NCBI GenBank assembly: GCA_964401035.1
Contig: CAYNWV010000002.1
Coordinates: forward strand, 6,316-70,315
DNA length: 64,000 nt
Reading direction: 5' to 3'
Source: an uncultured Candidatus Saccharibacteria bacterium
Lineage (GTDB): Bacteria > Patescibacteriota > Saccharimonadia > Saccharimonadales > Saccharimonadaceae
In this document: positions 25,741 to 34,340 of the stretch, piece after piece
Position numbering within the stretch: the first letter of the stretch is position 1
Layout: the number at the start of each line of letters is the position of its first letter
Notes under the pieces: model-generated
What the model was told of the DNA's origin: nothing
Seen by the model: only the letters and a program-made list of their open reading frames with translations
The model's database searches: none
Translations under genes and position numbers: made by a program

Positions 25741-26376
25741 CTGTAGAGAAGTCGTCGACCAGAACCGGGCGGAATGTCCTCAGGACGATTCTTTTCTGGC
25801 GGAGAGTCTGATCGACACTCCGCCCGGTCTGGAAGATCTAGTAGTGTCGCGGAAAGGTGCGGGCGCTTCTTGTGACCCAGCCCGCACAGTGGGTCAGGGT
25901 CTGCCCAGTTTCAGGCGGCTCATCAGAGCTCCTTTCGTTCCGTGGGTGCACGGGGTCGCGTTCAGAAGCCGGCCGCGGTGATCTCGATCGCTGAGATCTG
26001 AGTGATCGCGGTGCACGGAGCACCGCGAGCGCGCGTGACGGACTGTCCCATGAGATTCTTCCTTTCGTCGGGGGCAACCTTGCCCCTGGTGGGTGATCGC
26101 GCACAAGTGCGCAGGAGTTATCTGCAACCAAGTAGCGGTTTTCGATAGCCCTTGAGAGACGAGGCCTCTCTTTATGGCACTGAGGTGTCAACTCCAAGTT
26201 CCAGTCAGTGACTACTCGCAGCGATACCGGTTCGAAACTGGTCAAACTGGTGTCGCTGCGAATAGGGTGGTTCTCTATACAGTGAAGGTTCGTGCGATAG
26301 GAGCATAGGCTCAACTTTTCGCTTGTTGTTGATAGCACGCCGTTTTTTTCACGACGTCAAGACATTTTTCACGATA

Positions 26377-26405
26377 TTGCAATCAGACGCTAGATCTGCT
26401 ACAAT
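26377..26405 (+). promoter_or_regulatory. rplJ-rplL promoter
   Basis: TTGCAA-17 nt-TGcTACAAT. Confidence 0.65.
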
Positions 26406-26411
26406 ACCCCC

Positions 26412-26584
26412 TAGACATTACCAAAGACAGTAGCGGGTTATCACAGATAACCGATAAGAATGCTACCGAGGGATGAACTCTCTTTTACGTCTTTGGCTAT
26501 TGCCAGAGATTTTTGTAATGTCAGCAAGTTAACAATGTGGTCACATGTATATCAAAGTTAACCTAACAAAGGACATATTATCCT
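26412..26584 (+). promoter_or_regulatory. structured rplJ leader (candidate L10 autoregulatory leader)
   Basis: Nested helices CCAAAGAC/GTCTTTGG (26421-28/26489-96), GTAGC/GCTAC (26430-34/26462-66) and hairpin GGTTATC-ACA-GATAACC (26436-52). The position matches known L10 leaders. Confidence 0.5.
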
Positions 26585-27109
26585 ATGGCAATTTCTAAGG
26601 ATAAGAAACAAGCTTTGGTCAGTGAAATGAGTGAACTGTTCGCAAGCGCAAAAGGCACCGCGGTCGCAAAATACCAGGGCATCAGCGTGGCTGATCTCCA
26701 GGTACTACGCCGCCGCGCCCGCGAATCAGGCGTGACGATAAAAGTCGTCAAAAACCGCTTGGTGCGTGTCGCTATGGGAGACAACAAAACCTACAAAGAC
26801 GCAGATACTGCAGCACTGGTCGGTCAGTTGCTCTACGCCTTTAGCGACAGCGACGAAGTCATGCCAGCGAAGGTTTTGGATACTTTTGCAAAAGATCATC
26901 CAGAACTCGAACTCGTAGCAGGCTTTAGCGGCGAAGGTCTCACCCAAAACGCGACCGACGTCAAGGCACTCGCTAGTCTTCCATCGAAGAATCAGCTCAT
27001 CGCCGAGACGATCGCTCAACTACTTTCACCGGTTCACGATGTCACCAACGCGCTGTCGGGCAACCTACACGCGCTCTTGGACGGCGTCGAAGCCAAAGCT
27101 GCCGCTTAA
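26585..27109 (+). CDS. rplJ: 50S ribosomal protein L10
   Basis: 174 aa. MAISKDKKQALVSEMSELFASAKGTAVAKYQGISVADLQVLRRRARE. Followed by rplL. Confidence 0.9.
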   Translation: MAISKDKKQALVSEMSELFASAKGTAVAKYQGISVADLQVLRRRARESGVTIKVVKNRLVRVAMGDNKTYKDADTAALVGQLLYAFSDSDEVMPAKVLDTFAKDHPELELVAGFSGEGLTQNATDVKALASLPSKNQLIAETIAQLLSPVHDVTNALSGNLHALLDGVEAKAAA

Positions 27110-27213
27110 GCGGCAAGCATTTGGAATATAGATCATGGATTATAGAATAATTCGGGTCTCATTCCATAATCCATACTCTATAAACTAACTTCTATTTTCC
27201 GGAGGAAAATCCT

Positions 27214-27594
27214 ATGGCAGATGTAAAGAAACTCGCAGAGGAACTGACAAAACTGACAGTTCTCGAAGTCAATGAACTAAAAAACATTCTCAAAGATGAA
27301 TACGGTATCGAGCCGGCTGCAGCTGCTGTTGCAGTCGCTGGCCCTGCTGCTGGCGGTGACGCTGCTGCAGCTGCTGACGAAAAGACAGAATTTACTGTCA
27401 CCCTCAAAGAAGGCGGCGCCCAAAAAGTGGCTGTCATCAAAGCCGTCAAAGAAATCACCGGCCTCGGCCTGGGTGAAGCCAAAGCTCTCGTCGATAACGC
27501 TCCAAGCGCTATCCTAGAGAAAGCTGGCAAAGACGACGCCGAAAAAGCCAAAAAAGCTCTCGAAGAAGCTGGCGCAACTGTCGAACTAGCCTAA
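27214..27594 (+). CDS. rplL: 50S ribosomal protein L7/L12
   Basis: Ala-rich hinge [20 protein letters not shown] and C-terminal [36 protein letters not shown]. Confidence 0.95.
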   Translation: MADVKKLAEELTKLTVLEVNELKNILKDEYGIEPAAAAVAVAGPAAGGDAAAAADEKTEFTVTLKEGGAQKVAVIKAVKEITGLGLGEAKALVDNAPSAILEKAGKDDAEKAKKALEEAGATVELA

Positions 27595-27628
27595 GTTCAC
27601 ATCACTCCGACCACATTGGATACTTCAT

Positions 27629-27664
27629 AAAACACACCTTGATTTTCAGGGTGTGTTTTATTGT
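27629..27664 (+). terminator. intrinsic terminator after rplL
   Basis: AAACACACC / GGTGTGTTT stem followed by TTTATTG. Confidence 0.75.
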
Positions 27665-27688
27665 GTTTCTAGATTATGGTGTTATAAT
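27661..27688 (+). promoter_or_regulatory. promoter of the small gene in GC-rich islet C
   Basis: TTGTGT-16 nt-TGtTATAAT. Confidence 0.55.
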
Positions 27689-27738
27689 ATAACAATCGTC
27701 AACAACCGTTGATGTCGATCGATCTAGGGAGCACCGAT

Positions 27739-27933
27739 ATGAACATGACAAGCCCAGTACCGAAACCTCTTGACGCTAGGCTCCGCCAATACGTCAACCG
27801 GCGGCTCGATGCAGCATACACGGCCTACTACAGGCCGTCCACGCTCATCGGTCAGATGAGACCTGTCTCTCGTATGCTCCTCTGGGGCATCGTCTCGGTC
27901 ATCATCGATCGGCCGCGGCCGACAGATGGCTGA
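27739..27933 (+). CDS. hypothetical 64-aa protein with one short hydrophobic segment (GC-rich islet C)
   Basis: AGGGAG RBS 7 nt upstream of ATG 27739. MNMTSPVPKPLDARLRQYVNRRLD...MLLWGIVSVIIDRPRPTDG. Followed by a long hairpin plus T-run. Confidence 0.5.
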   Translation: MNMTSPVPKPLDARLRQYVNRRLDAAYTAYYRPSTLIGQMRPVSRMLLWGIVSVIIDRPRPTDG

Positions 27934-27940
27934 CGATCCG

Positions 27941-28013
27941 CCGCATGGAAAGGCACCATGGAGAGCGACACCTGTCGCTCCTCCTGCCGCTCTCCATGCG
28001 GCCTTTCCTTTTG
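27941..28013 (+). terminator. long compound hairpin / terminator after the islet C gene
   Basis: ATGGAGAGCG/CGCTCTCCAT (10 bp) nested inside GGAAAGGC/GCCTTTCC, then TTTTG. An alternative pairing CCGCATGG/CCATGCGG is possible. Confidence 0.6.
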
Positions 28014-28117
28014 TCACAACAGGGGCATACCACGGTCAAAAACCAGCTGTCCAGACCAAAATTAACAACACTTTGGCGTCTACCCCTGAAATACCTGTGG
28101 AAAATACCGTGCGCCGC

Positions 28118-28146
28118 TTGACATATGCCAGATATCGCGATATATA
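28118..28146 (+). promoter_or_regulatory. promoter of the 171-aa hypothetical gene
   Basis: TTGACA-17 nt-TATATA. Confidence 0.55.
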
Positions 28147-28188
28147 TGAGGTGATATTACAAAAAACACAGACAAGGAACTGCGAGAA

Positions 28189-28704
28189 ATGTCTGACCTA
28201 CCAGAAAAACAAGTCAAACGCCTGAAGAGTTTGCTTCAGGAGGCGGAGACTAATTTAGCTGCCGCCAAAGAATTACTGATCAGCATCATCGGTGACGACG
28301 GCTCTGTCGTCACACCAACCAATAGTCGTGAAGAGGTCACAGGCAAGGTTATTGAGGGTGTATTTGATGGCCAAATCATGATCGGCCCAGATGGCAAAAC
28401 CTATCCAGTACCAGCCAACTACGCCAGCAAGTCAAAACTCGTCGAAGGCGATATCTTGAAACTCACCATCGCTGACGATGGCGGTTTTATCTACAAGCAG
28501 ATTGGCCCCGTGCCACGCAAGCAGATTATCGGAACACTCACCCAACACGACGGCGCGTATTATGTAGAAGCGAGTGGTCGCGAATACCGTATTTTGCTAG
28601 CTAGCGTGACGTATTTCCGCATCAATATCGGTGATCAAGTGACGATTATTGTCCCCGAAGACGCCCCAGACGCTACCTGGGCAGCTGTCGAAGCTGCACT
28701 ATAG
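28189..28704 (+). CDS. hypothetical protein (171 aa)
   Basis: Long ORF with host-like composition, AAGGAA RBS and its own promoter. No family recognised. Confidence 0.65.
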   Translation: MSDLPEKQVKRLKSLLQEAETNLAAAKELLISIIGDDGSVVTPTNSREEVTGKVIEGVFDGQIMIGPDGKTYPVPANYASKSKLVEGDILKLTIADDGGFIYKQIGPVPRKQIIGTLTQHDGAYYVEASGREYRILLASVTYFRINIGDQVTIIVPEDAPDATWAAVEAAL

Positions 28705-28873
28705 TCTTAGGGAGGGCGACGCCCTCCCGCTTCATATCTCGGAGTGAGTCCGAGATATTTGCCCCACCCCTAAAGCAGGCCTGACGGCCTGTTAGTTATA
28801 TTCTTGGCACAAAATCACAACGATATCACAGTGCCAACACGGTATAATAGAACCAGTTAGAAAAGGGGAGAAG

Positions 28874-30265
28874 GTGTCTCAGGCGTTATACCGCAAATAC
28901 CGTAGCAAATCGCTTGATGAGATTGTCGGCCAGGATCATATCACTGGCATTTTAAAGCGAGCGATTGAAAACGGGCGAGTCGCGCACGCCTATCTACTGA
29001 CCGGTCCACGCGGTGTCGGCAAGACGTCGATTGCGCGTATACTGGCACACGAAATCAACAAACTGCCCTATACCGACGAGTCGACCCATCTGGATATTAT
29101 CGAAATCGACGCCGCCAGCAATAACAGTGTCGAAGATGTCCGAGATTTGCGGGAAAAAGCCCAAATCGCTCCGACATCGGCCGCCAAAAAAATCTACATC
29201 ATCGACGAAGTTCACATGCTCAGCAAAGCGGCGTTCAACGCGTTACTAAAGACGCTCGAGGAACCACCCGAGCATATTGTATTTATCCTCGCGACCACTG
29301 ATAGTGATAAATTGCCAGCAACGATCCTCAGCCGCGTGCAGCGTTTTAATTTCCGAACCATCGGCCAAGCCGATGCTACCAGACACCTGGCTGCTATTGC
29401 CCGCGAAGAGGGAATTAGCGTCGATGACGATGCCCTAGCGCTGATTGCGCTGCACGGTAATGGCAGTTTTCGCGATAGTATTAGCTTGCTCGACCAACTC
29501 CAAAATGTGGCGGGTGACACCATAACTCGAAGTGCTGTTGAGTTAGCCCTCGGTCTCGCGACAGCCGACATGGTGAATAGTTTGCTGGCTGCCTATCAAT
29601 CTGATGATCTACCGACAATTATTACGCTACTAAACGACGCTGAGTCCCGCGGCATACCGTCAGTCATCCTAGCCGAGCAGCTTATTGCAACCGCCCGACG
29701 AGACGTCATGACCAACCCAGAATTTCTACCGCTTCTCGAAACCCTCATTGATGTCACACGCTCAGCCTGGCCAGATATCAAGCTGTTGACAGCGCTCACA
29801 CAGCGAACCACCGGGCAAAGCCCTCTAGCGGCGCCAGCCATCAAAGTGCCAGCCGTGACGCCAAAAAAGCCCGAGCTATCACTTGCCGCGGTCGATACTC
29901 GAGTGGAGACACAGCCGAAGGCGACGCCTCCTGAACCCAAGCAGACGGCCACCACCAAAAAACCTGCTGTCGCATTTGAATGGGAACAATTTATTGCAGC
30001 CCTGAAGTCACACGAAGCTGCCGGTGCGGTGGCGATCCTTCGCACCTGTGCGCATGAATTTGACGGCGAAACACTCACGGTATATGCCGGCAAAAAATTC
30101 AACAAAATCAAACTCGATAAATCACTACCAGATCTCATGGCGGCACTGCAGACGATGCGCCCAGACGGTATGGTGACTATAGAGGCAAGTGCCAAACCAG
30201 CCGGCGATAGCGAAACTGCGGCGATTGTTGCTATGATGGGTGGTGGAGAAGAAGTAAATGTCTGA
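28874..30265 (+). CDS. dnaX: DNA polymerase III subunit gamma/tau
   Basis: GTG start after AAAGGGGAGAAG. GQDHITGILKRAIENGRVAHAYLLTGPRGVGKTS, IIDEVHMLS, SRVQRF. Confidence 0.9.
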   Translation: MSQALYRKYRSKSLDEIVGQDHITGILKRAIENGRVAHAYLLTGPRGVGKTSIARILAHEINKLPYTDESTHLDIIEIDAASNNSVEDVRDLREKAQIAPTSAAKKIYIIDEVHMLSKAAFNALLKTLEEPPEHIVFILATTDSDKLPATILSRVQRFNFRTIGQADATRHLAAIAREEGISVDDDALALIALHGNGSFRDSISLLDQLQNVAGDTITRSAVELALGLATADMVNSLLAAYQSDDLPTIITLLNDAESRGIPSVILAEQLIATARRDVMTNPEFLPLLETLIDVTRSAWPDIKLLTALTQRTTGQSPLAAPAIKVPAVTPKKPELSLAAVDTRVETQPKATPPEPKQTATTKKPAVAFEWEQFIAALKSHEAAGAVAILRTCAHEFDGETLTVYAGKKFNKIKLDKSLPDLMAALQTMRPDGMVTIEASAKPAGDSETAAIVAMMGGGEEVNV

Positions 30266-31613
30266 TAGCAAAAAAGAAGTCGCGGCTGGCCGAATTCCGC
30301 CACAAAACCTCGATGCCGAGATGAGCTTGCTCGGTGCGGTTTTGATTGATGAAGAAGTCCTGGCCGATATTTCTGAACATGTCACCGCCAAAGATTTTTA
30401 TGACAAACGCCACCAAACGATTTACGCCGGCATGATGAAGCTCTACGAGCGGCATCGACCGGTCGATCTATTGACGCTGACTGAAGAGCTAAAGAAAAAG
30501 AATCGGATCGAAGCTATCGGCGGTTCAGCGTATCTGACCGAACTGACCAACTACGTGCCAACCGCTGCCCACGCTGAAAGCTATGCCGAAATCGTGGCGC
30601 AAAAAGCTGTTCGTCGCCGGCTGATTAAAGCCAGTGCCGATATCTCGGAACTTGGCTACGATGAAGAAACGACGACTCAGGAACTGCTGGAACAAGCCGA
30701 AGCTGAATTATTTAGCGTCTCGGATCAGTCGCTCAAGCAAGATTTGGTGTCGATCGAATCGATTCTGACAGAGAGTTTCGACCGTATCGAAGAGCTCCAT
30801 CGTAACAAAGGTCAGCTGCGCGGTATTCGCACTGGCTACCGTGACCTCGACAACATGACGGCTGGTTTGCAGCGCTCTGACCTCATCATCTTAGCCGCAC
30901 GCCCAGCAATGGGTAAAACGACCCTAGTAACAAACCTCGCCTATAACGTGGCAACCATCGCCAAACTACCGGTGCTGTTTTTTAGCCTCGAAATGAGCAA
31001 AGAACAGTTGATCGACCGTATGCTGGCCGATGCCAGTGGTGTCGACAGCTGGAATATTCGCACTGGCAATCTGTCGGACGATGACTTTAGCAAGATTTCT
31101 GAAGCGATGGGGGAGATGGCTGAAGCGCCGATTTTTATCGATGATACGCCAGGTCTCAGCGTCCTTGAGATGCGCACCAAAGCCCGCCGGGCGGCTCACG
31201 ACCAGCCACTCGGTCTGATTGTTGTTGACTACTTGCAGTTGATGCAGGCGACAAATACCCATCAAGGCAACCGTGTCCAAGAGGTTTCTGAGATATCGCG
31301 CGGTCTCAAACTGATTGCCCGCGAACTGAACGTACCGCTAATTGCGCTGTCGCAGCTGTCGCGCTCGGTCGAATCACGCACACCACCAATTCCGCAGCTG
31401 GCCGACCTGCGCGAATCCGGTTCTATCGAGCAAGACGCCGATATTGTGACATTCATCTATCGACCAGGATATTACGAACCAGACAACCCAGAACTGCAGA
31501 ACATCACCGACCTGATTATTGCCAAGCACCGCAACGGACCTGTCGGCAAAGTCCAGCTGTACTTCCACCCAGAACGACTGCGGTTTATGTCACTCGACAA
31601 GCGCCGCGACTAA
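30258..31613 (+). CDS. dnaB: replicative DNA helicase DnaB
   Basis: PPQNLDAEMSLLGAVL N-terminus, Walker A ARPAMGKTT, LSQLSR, DLRESGSIEQDAD. Confidence 0.95.
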   Translation: MSDSKKEVAAGRIPPQNLDAEMSLLGAVLIDEEVLADISEHVTAKDFYDKRHQTIYAGMMKLYERHRPVDLLTLTEELKKKNRIEAIGGSAYLTELTNYVPTAAHAESYAEIVAQKAVRRRLIKASADISELGYDEETTTQELLEQAEAELFSVSDQSLKQDLVSIESILTESFDRIEELHRNKGQLRGIRTGYRDLDNMTAGLQRSDLIILAARPAMGKTTLVTNLAYNVATIAKLPVLFFSLEMSKEQLIDRMLADASGVDSWNIRTGNLSDDDFSKISEAMGEMAEAPIFIDDTPGLSVLEMRTKARRAAHDQPLGLIVVDYLQLMQATNTHQGNRVQEVSEISRGLKLIARELNVPLIALSQLSRSVESRTPPIPQLADLRESGSIEQDADIVTFIYRPGYYEPDNPELQNITDLIIAKHRNGPVGKVQLYFHPERLRFMSLDKRRD

Positions 31614-31641
31614 GTTGCCTATGCTATAATCAAGAGCAGCT

Positions 31642-33093
31642 ATGCAGCATCGCATCACCGATTTTCTCGCATACCGATGGAGATACATCCTCGGATACAC
31701 TATCGCTTTGTCGGCGGTTGCCGTCATGTTGACCGTTGCGGCGCTCTTCGTCCCTCATGAACTACGCCAGGGTGAATTAGATTCAGCGGTCACGAGTGGC
31801 TCGCTCGGTACGACAACCATGGTGCCCAATGCTGTGGTTAACCTGCCGTATCATTTGCTGCAGAAGTTTTCATTTGTCCTTTTCGGCGTCTCGACTCTGA
31901 CTATAAAACTCCCCTCGATTCTTCTGGGCGCCTTGACTGCACTGGGTGTTTTTTTACTGTTAAAAACGTGGTTTCACACTCGTGTTGCGATCCTGGGAGT
32001 CGCTCTGACGATCATCACGTCGCAGTTCTTGTTTCTATCGCAGGATGGTACGCCATTAGTGGTCTTTCCTTTTGTTGCTACTTGGCTATTGTTCGTCGCG
32101 ACCTATGTCACTCGTCGCAAAATCTTTGGTCTGCTCTGGAAAGTTCTGACGTGTCTCGCTATGGCAATGAGCCTGTATACGCCGCTTGGTATTTATTTGG
32201 TGCTTGTCATGCTCGTCGTCGCACTGTTTCATCCGCATATCCGCTACCTTATCCGGCGCTTTAACCCCTATAAATTATTGATTGCTGTTTTGCTATCACT
32301 CGGAGCAGTGGTGCCGCTCATCTACGCCATTTACCTGGATCATACTATCTTAACGACGCTCCTCGGTATTCCAACAAATGGCCTGAATCTGCCGGAGAAC
32401 TTTATACTCGTCGTCAAAGAAACATTTGGGATCGCATCATTGTCATCGAGCTATCTTATTCGACCCCTGTATCCGCTTGGCGCCGCAATTCTCATGTTTG
32501 TTGGTCTGTATCATCTGCTCACCAAAAAACACACCGCTCGTAGTACGATCACATTAGCGTGGGGTGTTGTCCTCAGCGTGCTGGTTATCCTGAACCCCGA
32601 CTATGTCACCTATCTCTACCCGATCTCAGTGATTCTGGTGGCATACGGCATCACATACATGTTTAGTAGTTGGTATCGCCTATTTCCGCACAACCCCTAC
32701 GCCAGAGTTGCTGGGTTTATACCTCTGGCCATCCTCATTGTCGCCATGATTAGCTCTGGTGTATCAAGATACGTCAATACCTATCTGTATAATCCAGCTA
32801 TTCTCGCGAACTATACCAGCGATCTCAGGCTGCTTCGTACAACATTACAGACCGAAAAAGCAGGGAACCATGGCGCAACATTGATTGTCGATCAAAATAA
32901 CCTGGCATTTTACCGACTCGTCAGCAAATATGATCAGCGAATTGATGTCACTGCCGATCCAAGTGCAACTGGCAAGCTCGTCTTAGCGAGTCGTTCAATG
33001 AAAAAAGCCGGTGTCGAGCCTCATGTTATTGTCGTGAATGCGCGTGCAAATGACGCTGACCGATTCTACGTCTACAAAACTGCGCCTCAGTAG
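31642..33093 (+). CDS. polytopic integral membrane protein, possibly a GT-C (ArnT/PMT-like) glycosyltransferase
   Basis: 483 aa with about 11-12 hydrophobic helices and a C-terminal soluble domain. The function is a guess from topology only. Confidence 0.35.
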   Translation: MQHRITDFLAYRWRYILGYTIALSAVAVMLTVAALFVPHELRQGELDSAVTSGSLGTTTMVPNAVVNLPYHLLQKFSFVLFGVSTLTIKLPSILLGALTALGVFLLLKTWFHTRVAILGVALTIITSQFLFLSQDGTPLVVFPFVATWLLFVATYVTRRKIFGLLWKVLTCLAMAMSLYTPLGIYLVLVMLVVALFHPHIRYLIRRFNPYKLLIAVLLSLGAVVPLIYAIYLDHTILTTLLGIPTNGLNLPENFILVVKETFGIASLSSSYLIRPLYPLGAAILMFVGLYHLLTKKHTARSTITLAWGVVLSVLVILNPDYVTYLYPISVILVAYGITYMFSSWYRLFPHNPYARVAGFIPLAILIVAMISSGVSRYVNTYLYNPAILANYTSDLRLLRTTLQTEKAGNHGATLIVDQNNLAFYRLVSKYDQRIDVTADPSATGKLVLASRSMKKAGVEPHVIVVNARANDADRFYVYKTAPQ

Positions 33094-33128
33094 CGTATAC
33101 TGGTAGCAGTAAATACGGAGGAATCGAT

Positions 33129-33419
33129 ATGGCCCTAGACCAGATCAAGATGTTAAATGACCTAAGAAAAGCGCAAAAAGATCTCGCCAAAGAGATCGTC
33201 GAAGTCGAAGCCGGTGACGGTGCTGTTGTCGTACAGATCACTGGCGAGTTGAAAGTCAAATCAATCAAAATCGAACCAGACATGGTCGATCTCGACGATA
33301 TCCACGAGCTCGAGCATTGGCTGGAAATTGCTATCCGCGATGGTATGCAAAAAGCCCAGGAAATCGCCGCCGAGAAGATGAAGCCGCTAATGGGCGGACT
33401 CGGTAGCCTCGGCCTGTAA
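33129..33419 (+). CDS. ybaB: nucleoid-associated protein YbaB/EbfC
   Basis: 96 aa. MLNDLRKAQKDLAKEI...VKSIKIEP...LE..I..A...A. Conserved position before recR. Confidence 0.85.
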   Translation: MALDQIKMLNDLRKAQKDLAKEIVEVEAGDGAVVVQITGELKVKSIKIEPDMVDLDDIHELEHWLEIAIRDGMQKAQEIAAEKMKPLMGGLGSLGL

Positions 33420-33427
33420 TTAGCCCC

Positions 33428-34054
33428 ATGGCACGACTTTTGCCCAGCGCACTCTTAAAAGCGATCGACGAGCTCGGTCGCTTGCCTGGTGTGGGAGCGC
33501 GAACAGCCGAACGCTATGCTTATTTTTTACTCAAAGCCGATGAAAAAGCCGTACGGTCACTGGCCGACAGCCTGGCATTTTTACACGATGGTGTGAAAAT
33601 CTGTCCAAAAACCTTTGCGCTGATCGACCCAGACGAGACCGTGTCGCCACTCTACACTGACCGCGATCGTAACAAAAAACTCGTGGCTGTCGTCGAGGAG
33701 CCGCTCGATATCGTTGCACTGGAGCGCACCGGACAGTTCGTGGGCACCTACCATGTCCTAGGTGGTGTGATATCGCCAATCGACGGAATTGGCCCCGAAA
33801 AACTCCACCTACCAGAACTTGTGCAGCGCCTACGCGAGGATGAGGTCGAAGAATTGATTATCGCTACTAACGCCAGCGTAGAAGGTGAGTCGACCGCACT
33901 ATTTATCGAGCGGCACATCCGCGAGGCCAAACTCGACCTCACGATCAGCCGCTTGGCACGCGGTATTCCCGTGGGTGTTGACCTAGAATACGCCGACCAG
34001 ATCACGCTTGGCCACGCCCTAGCGGGTCGCAAAAAGCTTGAGCATATTGACTAA
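33428..34054 (+). CDS. recR: recombination protein RecR (zinc-finger cysteines mostly absent)
   Basis: LPGVGARTAERYAYFLL HhH, Toprim VVEEPLDIVALERTGQFVGTYHVLGG and EGESTALFI. Only one Cys (KICPKT) where C-x2-C...C-x2-C is expected. Confidence 0.9.
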   Translation: MARLLPSALLKAIDELGRLPGVGARTAERYAYFLLKADEKAVRSLADSLAFLHDGVKICPKTFALIDPDETVSPLYTDRDRNKKLVAVVEEPLDIVALERTGQFVGTYHVLGGVISPIDGIGPEKLHLPELVQRLREDEVEELIIATNASVEGESTALFIERHIREAKLDLTISRLARGIPVGVDLEYADQITLGHALAGRKKLEHID

Positions 34055-34075
34055 TATAGATATATTTGCTATAAT
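34047..34075 (+). promoter_or_regulatory. consensus promoter of a non-coding transcript (islet D)
   Basis: TTGACT-17 nt-TGcTATAAT, overlapping the recR stop codon. Confidence 0.65.
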
Positions 34076-34081
34076 ATAACG

Positions 34082-34334
34082 ATGGAATAGTGACGGCTTG
34101 CCATCCGGTACGTAAGCGAGTCGATTCGCTCGGCCACGTAGATCGTATTCACGGCTAAGGGTAGTCACCGCTGACTATACCGAATAGCACGCGTACAGCG
34201 CACCCTCCAAGTGTCGCTACAGGCGCAGCGCGAGCATCCGCTCGCAATTTGTCACTGCCACCTAGGAGGGGCGAACTAACCATTCGCCCCTCCACATACA
34301 CCAAAACAGCACCCCTTTAACGGGGGCTGTTTTG
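34082..34334 (+). ncRNA. candidate ~250-nt structured ncRNA of unknown class
   Basis: Bounded by the promoter above and by hairpins GGAGGGGCGAA/TTCGCCCCTCC (34265-93) and CAGCaCCCC/GGGGGCTG plus TTTTG (34303-34). Longest internal reading frame is about 22 codons without an RBS. Several internal helices (AGCGA/TCGCT, GCGAGC/GCTCGC). Confidence 0.45.
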
Positions 34335-34340
34335 CTATTT

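Noticed and set aside
25838-26338. 166-aa minus-strand ORF and 86-aa plus-strand ORF (25721..25981) in islet B.
   Set aside because: Their translations are Arg/Ser/Pro-rich, as expected from random frames in GC-rich DNA. They have no RBS, and the 86-aa ORF starts inside the terminator hairpin.
25741-26340. Islet B considered as tmRNA (T-arm-like ACCGG-TTCGAAA-CTGGT; small ORF ending in AAGF), as RNase P RNA, or as a RiPP precursor gene (29-aa ORF 25962..26051).
   Set aside because: There is no GGGG...CCA acceptor pairing with G-U and no RNase P conserved regions. No modification, transport or protease genes lie nearby, and the 29-codon ORF is itself built from two hairpins. It is reported only as an unexplained structured element.
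29181-29195. A7 run in dnaX considered as a gamma/tau programmed frameshift site.
   Set aside because: It lies at about codon 105 inside the conserved AAA+ box (AAKKIYIIDEVH), not in the C-terminal half where the frameshift site occurs. It is simply a Lys-Lys coding run.
34082-34334. Candidate ncRNA after recR considered as SRP RNA, because ffs-dnaX-ybaB-recR synteny exists in some Gram-positives.
   Set aside because: I could not find the GGUCAGGUCCGGAAGGAAGCAGC-type domain IV sequence or an equivalent GNRA/AGCA arrangement. dnaX is also 5 kb away here. It is kept as an unclassified ncRNA candidate.
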